Positions 8,858 to 16,396 of a stretch of DNA of 32,000 nucleotides are shown one piece after another. The notes under the pieces are model-generated. The model did no database searches and was not told the DNA's origin. It was given only the letters and a program-made list of their open reading frames with translations. The position numbers and the translations under genes are program-made. This DNA comes from an uncultured Acidobacteriota bacterium (GTDB lineage: Bacteria > Acidobacteriota > Blastocatellia > Pyrinomonadales > Pyrinomonadaceae): positions 5,272,444 through 5,304,443 of the forward strand of contig OY970193.1 in NCBI GenBank assembly GCA_963708055.1. The letters are read 5' to 3'. How positions within the stretch are numbered: position 1 is the first letter of the stretch; each line of letters starts with the position of its first letter.

Positions 8858-9454
8858 ATGTTGAAGAGAATTGTTCTGCCTGTTTTGTTGTTTGCGGTGG
8901 TTGCGGTGGCCCAGAACGGTGCGACGCGGCCCTATCCAATCGATAATGGTCACTCGACGGTGGGATTTTCAGTTCCCATTCTCGGCGGTTTGTCGCAGGT
9001 AAAAGGGAAGTTTACTGACTTTGCGATCACACTCAACGCCGACGAAAAAGACATCACAAAATCTTCAGTGAGCGTGGTAATCAAAGCCACGAGTGTCGAC
9101 ACTGGTATTGAAGGGCGCGACCGTCACCTTCGCAATGCAGACTTCTTCGACGTGGAGAAGTTTCCGGAGATCACTTTCAAGAGTGAGCGTATCGAGAAAA
9201 AAGGCAAACAGTTCATCGCTCATGGACCGCTGACGATGCATGGCGTCACGAAGCAGATCGCGTTGCCATTCACGGTTACCGGCACCTTCAAAAATCCAAC
9301 AAACAACAAGACCAGCGTAGGGTATTCCGCAAAGACAGTTGTTAACCGTCGCGACTTCGGTATCAACTATGCGCGCCAGGACAGCCCGACCTTTGTCGGC
9401 GACAACATCACAGTTGAGATCGAATTGGTCACACGCGCCATGGATCCTCAGTGA
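8858..9454 (+). CDS. YceI family periplasmic (polyisoprenoid-binding-like) protein
   Basis: ATG at 8858 with GAGG upstream. Signal peptide 'MLKRIVLPVLLFAVVAVAQ'. Motifs: 'IDNGHSTVGFSV', 'VKGKFTDF', 'GIEGRDRHLRNADFFDVEKFPEITFKS'. Confidence 0.9.
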   Translation: MLKRIVLPVLLFAVVAVAQNGATRPYPIDNGHSTVGFSVPILGGLSQVKGKFTDFAITLNADEKDITKSSVSVVIKATSVDTGIEGRDRHLRNADFFDVEKFPEITFKSERIEKKGKQFIAHGPLTMHGVTKQIALPFTVTGTFKNPTNNKTSVGYSAKTVVNRRDFGINYARQDSPTFVGDNITVEIELVTRAMDPQ

Positions 9455-9465
9455 GTTTTTGCTTC

Positions 9466-9557
9466 TTCTCTGTGCAACCTTTGTGTTCTCTGTGTCTCTG
9501 TGGTTATGGAAATGTGCGATACAACAACCACAGAGAACACAAAGGTTGCACAGAGAA
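9466..9557. repeat. 'TCTCTGTGCAACC' palindromic element, copy 1 (29-bp perfect stem)
   Basis: 9466-9494 'TTCTCTGTGCAACCTTTGTGTTCTCTGTG' is the exact reverse complement of 9529-9557. It lies immediately upstream of the giant surface-protein gene. Its left 40 nt match copy 2 at 37 of 40 positions. Confidence 0.85.
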
Positions 9558-9605
9558 ATCCATGCCAGGGCATTACTATTTTTTAACGGACTCGGGTTTT
9601 GAAAT

Positions 9606-12086
9606 ATGCGAAAAATTTTCCTCATTGCCTTTGTCGCGCTGATCGTCACCATCGGAGCGCGAAGCAGCTTTACCTCAAATACAGCATCTCCGGCATCACC
9701 TTTTTGCACGGCCGATCCGGTCGTCAGCAATAACCTCGATAGCGGCGCCGGAAGCTTGCGCCACGCGATTGCTGATGCCTGCACCGGTTCCACGATTACC
9801 TTCAACATGGCGACGGTAACCAGTCCGATCTCTTTGACTGGCGGCGAATTGCTGATCAACAAAAATCTGATCGTCAATGGACCGGGAGCAAACTCGCTGA
9901 CCGTCCAGCGCAGTAGCGCCGGCGGTACACCTGATTTTCGAATTTTCAATATCAATGGCGGCGTCACTGTCGCGCTTTCCGGTCTCACGCTCACGAACGG
10001 TCGAATCTCCGGATCGTTCCCCGGTAACTTCGGCGGAGCGATCTGGAACAACCACAGCAATCTGACGATTACTGACTGCGTCATCAACGCTAACTCAGCC
10101 GTTGCAGTTGCGCCGGCAGGTTTCGGCGGCGCGATCTTTAACGACGGTGCGGATTTCGGAAGCGCCACACTCGCAATCGTAAACACTCGGATCACCGGCA
10201 ACAGTGCGACTGGTAATGGCGGTGGCATTTTCAGTTGGGGTGGTCATGGCAACGCGACTCTCACGATCACCGCAAGCACCATCAGTAACAACTCAGCGCA
10301 GTCCGGTGGCGGAGGCATTGCGAATTCGGGACAGTCTGGTAGTTCGTCGGTGCGGATCGTTAATTCACTGCTAAGCGGCAACACTGCGCAGAGCGGCGGC
10401 GGAATCACCAGCGAAGGAACCCAAAACGGCAACGCTCCACTGACAATTGCCAATAGCACCATCAGTGGAAATGGCGCGACAGCAATCGGCGGCGGCATCG
10501 TCACCCAGGGCACGACGAACAGTAGCGGCGCCCCAGTCACCATCGTCAACACCACCATCACGAATAATCGTGTTGACATCGACGACACTGCACCGGGCAA
10601 TCAGAACGGCGGCGGGATGTTTATCTTTACCGGCCCGGTCACGATTCACAATACGATTGTTGCTCGCAACTTCGTCGGCAGCACCGGGATCCTTCCGGAC
10701 GATGTTTTTAATAACAGCTTCCAACCGAATAGTTCATTTAATTTGATTGGCATCGGCGGGTCAGGCGGGCTTGTTAATGATGTCAACGGCAATATCGTAC
10801 ACGCCGACCCGAATCTTGGACCACTCGCCGACAATGGTGGACCAACACAAACGCATGCGCTGCTTCCGGGTAGTCGGGCGATTGAAGGCGGCAGCAACTG
10901 CCCGCTCGATGATTCATGCTCTCCGGCGCTTGGTTTCTCGCTTGCAACCGATCAACGCGGTGCCGGGTTCCAGCGGGCGGCGGATTCGTCCGACCTCAAC
11001 GTCACGCAGACAGTTGATATTGGCGCGTTTGAAGCACGTGCCAGCATCGAAGACATCGTCGATCAGACAATTCCGGAAGATGGACTTTTGGTGGCGCATT
11101 TTGGGGTTGGCGACCCGGCGGCAGTTACGAGTGTTACGGCGACGTCAAGCAATACAGTGCTTTTTCCCAACGAGCCGGCAAACCTCGACGTGATTGGAAG
11201 CGGTCAATTTCGGACAGTAGTAGGAATGCCGTTTCAGAATCAGTTTGGCTCGACGTTGATAACCGTTACGGTTACCAGTGGATCGGAGAGTGTCACGGAC
11301 ACATTTTTAGTAACCGTGACACCTGTGAACGACGCTCCGCACGAAGTTTTACTCTCAAACACGAGTGTGAATGACAACAGTCCCGCGGGCACTCTCGTAG
11401 GCACTCTGACTGCTCTAGATCCTGATCCGTTGCAAACATTCACTTACAGTCTGGTTTCCGGTTTTAATTCCATCGACAATGCATCCTTCACTATCTCCGG
11501 AGATCAACTCAGAACCACTTCGGTTTTTGATTTCGAAACTAAAACAAGTTACCTGATCCGCCTGCGCGCCACTGATCCGACCAATTTGCATGTGGAGAAG
11601 GAGTTCATCATCAACGTGGTCGATGGACCGGATATTCCGGGTGCGATCTCGTTTACGTCCCCAACGTTCAGCGTCGGAGAAGCTGACGGCAATGCGAGCA
11701 TTACTTTGAGGCGCACTGGCGGGGCTGACAATCGAGTGTTTGCGAAAGTCAGTTTGGCGGATATTACGACCTCGCCGGCGGATTATCGGTTTGCGCCCGG
11801 ATCTCTCGATCCCACCTTCAACACCGGCACCGGAGCGACTTCAGGATCGAGTGCGCTCTCGCAGGTGGTTCATGCGGTGGCGGTGCAGCCTGATGGAAAA
11901 GTGCTGATTGGCGGTGCGTTTCTCTTCTACGACGGTATCCCGCGCAAACGTATGGCGCGGCTTAACTCCGACGGCACTTTGGATCATTCGTTTAATCCGA
12001 GCTTCGAAGACGTTGTGTTGAGCATCGCGTTACAACCCGATGGAAAGATCCTCGTTGGCGGCGAGTTTATTGGCCTTGACCTTTGA
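9606..12086 (+). CDS. Giant secreted surface/adhesin-like protein, N-terminal 826-aa fragment (frame-split)
   Basis: Signal-like N-terminus 'MRKIFLIAFVALIVTIGA'. CSLREA-type motif 'GSLRHAIADA'. At least 7 'GGAI/GGGI' parallel beta-helix (PMP-like) repeats. 'LGPLADNGGPTQTHALLPGS' is choice-of-anchor-Q-like. A cadherin-like domain ('VNDAPHEV...FDFETKTSYLIRLRATD') and a Calx-beta-like domain ('FSVGEADGNASITLRR') follow. The first two delta-60-type repeats ('VQPDGKVLIGG', 'LQPDGKILVGG') are present. The ORF ends at TGA 12084-12086 in the middle of a repeat. Confidence 0.9.
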   Translation: MRKIFLIAFVALIVTIGARSSFTSNTASPASPFCTADPVVSNNLDSGAGSLRHAIADACTGSTITFNMATVTSPISLTGGELLINKNLIVNGPGANSLTVQRSSAGGTPDFRIFNINGGVTVALSGLTLTNGRISGSFPGNFGGAIWNNHSNLTITDCVINANSAVAVAPAGFGGAIFNDGADFGSATLAIVNTRITGNSATGNGGGIFSWGGHGNATLTITASTISNNSAQSGGGGIANSGQSGSSSVRIVNSLLSGNTAQSGGGITSEGTQNGNAPLTIANSTISGNGATAIGGGIVTQGTTNSSGAPVTIVNTTITNNRVDIDDTAPGNQNGGGMFIFTGPVTIHNTIVARNFVGSTGILPDDVFNNSFQPNSSFNLIGIGGSGGLVNDVNGNIVHADPNLGPLADNGGPTQTHALLPGSRAIEGGSNCPLDDSCSPALGFSLATDQRGAGFQRAADSSDLNVTQTVDIGAFEARASIEDIVDQTIPEDGLLVAHFGVGDPAAVTSVTATSSNTVLFPNEPANLDVIGSGQFRTVVGMPFQNQFGSTLITVTVTSGSESVTDTFLVTVTPVNDAPHEVLLSNTSVNDNSPAGTLVGTLTALDPDPLQTFTYSLVSGFNSIDNASFTISGDQLRTTSVFDFETKTSYLIRLRATDPTNLHVEKEFIINVVDGPDIPGAISFTSPTFSVGEADGNASITLRRTGGADNRVFAKVSLADITTSPADYRFAPGSLDPTFNTGTGATSGSSALSQVVHAVAVQPDGKVLIGGAFLFYDGIPRKRMARLNSDGTLDHSFNPSFEDVVLSIALQPDGKILVGGEFIGLDL

Positions 12087-14394
12087 GACCGGGCGAAACC
12101 GTATTGCGCGTCTGAACGCCGATGGTTCTCTTGACCAGACGTTCAACCCCAACACTCCCAACGACTCGGTGACGTCCATCGCGGTCCAGCCGGACGGAAA
12201 AATCTTGCTCGGTGGAGCATTCACCCACCTCGACGGTTTTCCCCGAAGGGGTGTAGCGCGACTCAATGTCGCAGGCGATCTCGACGATAATTCCTTTGAT
12301 CCCGGTGTTGGCGCAAATGCGGGTGTTACTAGTCTTGTTTTGCAACCCGACGGAAAGATTCTCGTTGGCGGCGGCTTCACGAGCTTTGCCGGAGCTTCAG
12401 ACACGCGGCTCGTACGTCTCAACAGCAACGGAACGGTTGACGGTACGTTCAACTCCGCCTTAGGCCTTAGTCTCGCACCACGCCAGGTGGTCTTGCAGCC
12501 GGACGGAAAAATTCTGGTTGGCGGTGAGTGGGTGGGTACTGACACGCCGTTTGGAAATCGTGGGATAGCGCGACTTGAAAGCAATGGCGCGCCTGACGCG
12601 ACGTTTAATCCGGGCACAGGGACCAACGGCCAAACAGTGGACGCACTCGCGCTTCAGCCTGATTCGCGAATTGTGATTGTCGGTCGCTTCCCAAGTTTTA
12701 ACGGAACGACTGTCAACGGCGTTGCACGTTTGCATAGCAGCGGCTCACCTGACACTTCCTTCAATTCCGGTGGCGGAGTGAATCTACCGTTCCCGGCGTT
12801 TGAAGTTGTCGTGCAACCGGATGGCAAGATCCTGCTTGGCGGGCAATACACTTTCTACGATGGCGTCAGCAGTAATGGCATCACACGCATCAATGGCGAT
12901 CTGTTTGTAAGTTGGGCGCCGGGTGATTCGGCAAACAAGACAGTGCTCTTGCCAATCGTCAACGACGCGTTAGACGAACCGAACGAAACACTCTCGCTTC
13001 AGGTCACGCCCATTTCCGTTGGCGCCACCGCGGGTACACCCGCCAGTTCGACGTTGACGATCGTTGATAACGATCCATCACCAACTACTCTCTCCTCAGT
13101 GTCCGGAGTCGGTATCTTCGGGGGCACAGCGACATTGATGGCGACGCTTACGTCCAATGGCGTGAACCTGAGCGGCAAGTCGATAACGTTCACACGCAAT
13201 GGAACTACGGTTGGTAGTGCAACCACCGCTGCAAATGGAATTGCAACTCTAACCGGCGTCAGTTTGGCGGGTATCAATAGCGGCATCTATGACTCTGCCA
13301 TTGGCGCCAGCTTCACTGGCGACGGTGTCGACTTTGCGAGTAGTAATGGAACTGGACCATTAACCGTAACTAAAGCGACATCGACTACGACCGTGACATC
13401 GTCCGTGAATCCCTCGGACCTCGGTCAAATGGTGACGTTCACCGCGACGGTCACGAGTACCGGCGGTACCCCGACAGGAACGGTCCAATTCAGAAACAAT
13501 GGCGCAGTGTTCGGGTCGCCTGAGCCGTTGACCGCAGGAGTGGCGACAATAAATACCTTGATACTTCCCGCAGGTACACACGCGATCACAGCCGACTACA
13601 GTGGCGATAACAACTTCATCGTGAGCAGCGGAACGCTCTCGGGTGGACAAGTAGTGAAAGCGCCGTCAATCTCGATCAACGATGTCTCAATCGTCGAGCC
13701 CAATATTTTTACCACTAGCGTTTTCCTGGAAGTGAGTCTTTCCGCTCCCAGTGCCGTGAACGTGAGTGTCAACTTCGCCACCGCTGACGGCTCAGCGACA
13801 ATCGCTGACAACGACTATATCGCCACGTCCGGAACGTTGAATTTCAGCCCCGGTCAGACAGTCAAGACCATCAGCGTCGCGATTACCGGCGACGAGAAGT
13901 TTGAAACTCACGAGACGGTGCTCGTTAATCTCACCAATCCAGTCAATGCCATCGTTACCGACGGCCAGGGAGTGGTAACGGTTTTCAATGGCGATCTTCT
14001 GACGTTGTTTCTTGATGAGTCAGGCCCGGCAACAAATCAGGTGGCGGCGGTTGATTCATTCCTGTTGGTTAGAGATCCGTTCCACGTTCAGTCAATCGCA
14101 AATTGGCTGCCGAATCTCGGCCCGGATCGCAACACGAGAGTGACGATCTTTGCTCAGCATCTCGAGTGGCTTGATCCTATATTTCTGCCATCGAGTGCGG
14201 TGGTGAGTTTGGTTGATGCTAACGGTCAAGCGCATGAAGTGACGGCTGAAGCTGTTCGCTCACTGCCTGGGGTGAACGCGGTTGCGCAAATAACGTTCAG
14301 GTTACCTGACAACCTTGCGCCCGGAGTTTGCAGTGTCACGCTCAAAACGCAGGGCAGAACCAGCAACACCGGATCGATGCGCATCGCGCCTTAA
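12040..14394 (+). CDS. Giant surface/adhesin-like protein, C-terminal fragment (continuation in +1 frame; real continuation from about 12085)
   Basis: It has no signal peptide or translation-start context of its own. It continues the delta-60 repeats with 5 more 'xQPDGKILxGG' units at a period of about 153-158 nt. Next come an Ig-like domain ('TTTVTSSVNPSDLGQMVTFTATV...GTHAITADYSGDNNF') and a Calx-beta domain ('VNFATADGSATIADNDYIATSGTLNFSPGQTVKTISV'). The C-terminal Ig-like domain is reminiscent, from memory, of the Solibacter-type C-terminal domain. Confidence 0.85.
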   Translation: MERSSLAASLLALTFETGRNRIARLNADGSLDQTFNPNTPNDSVTSIAVQPDGKILLGGAFTHLDGFPRRGVARLNVAGDLDDNSFDPGVGANAGVTSLVLQPDGKILVGGGFTSFAGASDTRLVRLNSNGTVDGTFNSALGLSLAPRQVVLQPDGKILVGGEWVGTDTPFGNRGIARLESNGAPDATFNPGTGTNGQTVDALALQPDSRIVIVGRFPSFNGTTVNGVARLHSSGSPDTSFNSGGGVNLPFPAFEVVVQPDGKILLGGQYTFYDGVSSNGITRINGDLFVSWAPGDSANKTVLLPIVNDALDEPNETLSLQVTPISVGATAGTPASSTLTIVDNDPSPTTLSSVSGVGIFGGTATLMATLTSNGVNLSGKSITFTRNGTTVGSATTAANGIATLTGVSLAGINSGIYDSAIGASFTGDGVDFASSNGTGPLTVTKATSTTTVTSSVNPSDLGQMVTFTATVTSTGGTPTGTVQFRNNGAVFGSPEPLTAGVATINTLILPAGTHAITADYSGDNNFIVSSGTLSGGQVVKAPSISINDVSIVEPNIFTTSVFLEVSLSAPSAVNVSVNFATADGSATIADNDYIATSGTLNFSPGQTVKTISVAITGDEKFETHETVLVNLTNPVNAIVTDGQGVVTVFNGDLLTLFLDESGPATNQVAAVDSFLLVRDPFHVQSIANWLPNLGPDRNTRVTIFAQHLEWLDPIFLPSSAVVSLVDANGQAHEVTAEAVRSLPGVNAVAQITFRLPDNLAPGVCSVTLKTQGRTSNTGSMRIAP

Positions 14395-14418
14395 CCAGAG
14401 TAGTGCCTTAGTTCAACT

Positions 14419-14500
14419 GCTTCTCTGTGCAACCTTCGTGTGCTCTGTCTCTCTGTGGTTGTTGCACCGCATTCTATAACTACAGGTTGCACAGAGAAGC
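14419..14500. repeat. 'TCTCTGTGCAACC' palindromic element, copy 2 (17-bp perfect stem)
   Basis: 14419-14435 'GCTTCTCTGTGCAACCT' is the exact reverse complement of 14484-14500. It has the same orientation as copy 1. It lies 25 nt after the adhesin stop and about 70 nt before the SIR2 operon. Confidence 0.85.
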
Positions 14501-14511
14501 CAAAATAGGTC

Positions 14512-14540
14512 TTGTTAAATCCGGGTGAAATCCTGATAAT
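14512..14540 (+). promoter_or_regulatory. Candidate sigma70-like promoter of the SIR2/STAND operon (TTGTTA-N17-GATAAT)
   Basis: 'TTGTTA' at 14512-14517 and 'GATAAT' at 14535-14540 have exactly 17-nt spacing, about 30 nt upstream of ATG 14570. This is a pattern match only. The promoter consensus of this lineage is not known to me. Confidence 0.2.
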
Positions 14541-14569
14541 CCCGTGTCGTCTTTATTGACAGATCCTCT

Positions 14570-15472
14570 ATGTCGCAACTTTTGTCTCACGAAGACTGGG
14601 ATGTTCTTCTCAGAAGAATTGCCAAACAAAAGTGCACGCCGTTTCTCGGCGCCGGCGCTTGCTACGGAGTGCTGCCTCTTGGCGGTGAAATAGCCAAACA
14701 GTGGGCTGAGAAGTACGACTACCCGATGGAGGATCGTTCAAACCTCATCGCCGTGTCGCAGTTTCTGGCGTTGAAATACTCTGACGCGGTCTTTCCAAAA
14801 GACCTGATTGTCGAGATGTTTGAAGGTTTCGGATCACCGGATTTCACCGATAAACTCGAACCGCATCGCGTGTTGTCGAGAATGAATCTGCCGGTTTATG
14901 TGACCACCAACTACGACGACTTCATGGTCAAGGCGCTCGCTGACAATCATCGACAGCCAAATCGTATCCTTTGCCAGTGGAACCAGGCGGTGAAGGATTA
15001 CGTCCGTGATAATCCCACCGTTCTCGAAAAGGATCCGGAGTACAAACCCACGGTTGCGAATCCGGTCGTCTTTCATCTCCACGGCCACGTTCCGGTGGCT
15101 GATTCGCTGGTGTTGACTGAAGACGACTACATGGATTTTTTAGTGAACACCTCGAAAGATCCGAATCTGATTCCGGCGCCGGTTTCCCGCGCTCTATCGG
15201 GAACGTCACTGCTGTTTATCGGCTATCGAATCACCGACTGGAATTTCCGCGTCTTGTTGCGCAGCTTCGAAAGGTTTATGGAGCCATCGCTTTCGCGCCT
15301 CAACGTCGCCGTGATGCCGCCACCCGCAGGCTCGGAAGAAGCGAAACAGAAATCACAGGATTACCTGACTAAGTATTACGCGAACATCGACGTGCGCGTT
15401 TACTGGGGAACCGCCAGAGAGTTTGTTAAGGAACTGTGGGAGCGTTGGGAACAATCCGGTAATGCGAAATGA
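14570..15472 (+). CDS. SIR2_2-family (SIR2-like NADase/deacetylase fold) protein, paralogue A, catalytic motifs intact
   Basis: ATG at 14570. Motifs: 'CTPFLGAGAC' (NAD-binding GAG loop), 'VYVTTNYDDFM' (Asn114, nt 14909-14911), 'VVFHLHGH' (His171, nt 15080-15082), 'LVLTEDDYMDF', 'LLFIGYRITDWNFRVLL'. It aligns along its full length with the next gene. Confidence 0.9.
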   Translation: MSQLLSHEDWDVLLRRIAKQKCTPFLGAGACYGVLPLGGEIAKQWAEKYDYPMEDRSNLIAVSQFLALKYSDAVFPKDLIVEMFEGFGSPDFTDKLEPHRVLSRMNLPVYVTTNYDDFMVKALADNHRQPNRILCQWNQAVKDYVRDNPTVLEKDPEYKPTVANPVVFHLHGHVPVADSLVLTEDDYMDFLVNTSKDPNLIPAPVSRALSGTSLLFIGYRITDWNFRVLLRSFERFMEPSLSRLNVAVMPPPAGSEEAKQKSQDYLTKYYANIDVRVYWGTAREFVKELWERWEQSGNAK

Positions 15473-15499
15473 TGGCCGCGTTACTCGTGCGAGGTAACC

Positions 15500-16396
15500 A
15501 TGGGCGTCAAGAGGATCGAAGGCACTGACTGGGAGGTGTTGTTAAGACGGATCAAGGACGGTCGCTGTACACCGTTTCTCGGCGCCGGAGTTTACTCTCA
15601 AGGTCCAACTCTCCGAACTACCATCGCTAAAAACTGGTCAACGCAATACAACTATCCGTTTACCGACGGAACCGACCTGGCGCGTGTCGCCCGCTTCCTC
15701 ACCGTTGAATACGGCGATGCGGAGATCGCTTCAAGCAAGTACATCGAAGAGTTGGCCAAAGTTCCCGCGCCGAACTTTGACGATCCAAATGATCCGTATT
15801 CGATTCTCGCGAAGTTGCCGCTGCCGGTTTACATTACTACCAACTACGACGACCTGATGGAACAAGCGTTGGCGAAGCAGCACAAGGATGCGAAGCGCGA
15901 TCTGTGCAAGTGGATCAAATCACTCGAAGAGCCATCACCTCTCATCGAACAGCAATTTCAACCGAATGTGGCTAATCCGATCGTCTTTCATCTTTACGGA
16001 ATCACGCAGAATCAACAGTCGATGGTGCTGTCAGAAGACGATTATTTTCAGTTCCTGATCAACGTCTCCAACGATCCGGAGATGATACCCAAGCGCATTC
16101 AGCAGGCAATCACCGGAACCTCGTTGATTTTGCTGGGCTACAGTTTGGAAGACTGGGACTTCCGCATTCTGTTTCACTTTCTCGCCGGCTATTTGAAGAA
16201 AAGCACCAGCAAGACCCACGTGGCTGTGCAACTTTCACCATCAACCACTGACGCTGACGTCAAACAACGCGCCCAGGCATTCTTTGATAAATACTTCGAA
16301 TCAAAAAGCCCCGACATACGCGTAAGTTGGGAAACCACCCAGGACTTTGTTCTCAAGCTAAGAGACAACTGGAACAACTCTGGCTATGCAAAGTAA
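15500..16396 (+). CDS. SIR2_2-family protein, paralogue B, catalytic His replaced by Tyr
   Basis: ATG at 15500 with GAGG 6 nt upstream. Motifs: 'CTPFLGAGVY', 'VYITTNYDDLM', 'IVFHLYGI' (Tyr166, TAC at 15995-15997, where paralogue A has His), 'MVLSEDDYFQF', 'LILLGYSLEDWDFRILF'. It shares the C-terminal tail 'W..SG(N/Y)AK' with paralogue A. Confidence 0.9.
   Translation: MGVKRIEGTDWEVLLRRIKDGRCTPFLGAGVYSQGPTLRTTIAKNWSTQYNYPFTDGTDLARVARFLTVEYGDAEIASSKYIEELAKVPAPNFDDPNDPYSILAKLPLPVYITTNYDDLMEQALAKQHKDAKRDLCKWIKSLEEPSPLIEQQFQPNVANPIVFHLYGITQNQQSMVLSEDDYFQFLINVSNDPEMIPKRIQQAITGTSLILLGYSLEDWDFRILFHFLAGYLKKSTSKTHVAVQLSPSTTDADVKQRAQAFFDKYFESKSPDIRVSWETTQDFVLKLRDNWNNSGYAK

Noticed and set aside
9065-10228. 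387-aa minus-strand ORF overlapping the yceI-like gene and the start of the adhesin gene
   Set aside because: It is antisense to two well-supported genes and crosses an intergenic palindrome. Its composition (P/A/L-rich, low complexity) is what is expected from reading a Gly/Asn/Thr-rich beta-helix gene backwards.
12030-12626. 198-aa minus-strand ORF, plus other antisense ORFs of 100-210 aa (for example 18933-19565, 19562-19960, 20172-20831, 16358-16795)
   Set aside because: All lie antisense within, or straddle, strongly supported genes (delta-60 repeats, WD40 repeats, rodA). They are repeat-driven open frames without motifs.
14556-14561. Perfect TTGACA hexamer upstream of SIR2-A
   Set aside because: It lies only 8 nt before the ATG, too close to serve as a -35 box for this gene. 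The weaker TTGTTA-N17-GATAAT at 14512-14540 is positioned more sensibly and is reported at low confidence.
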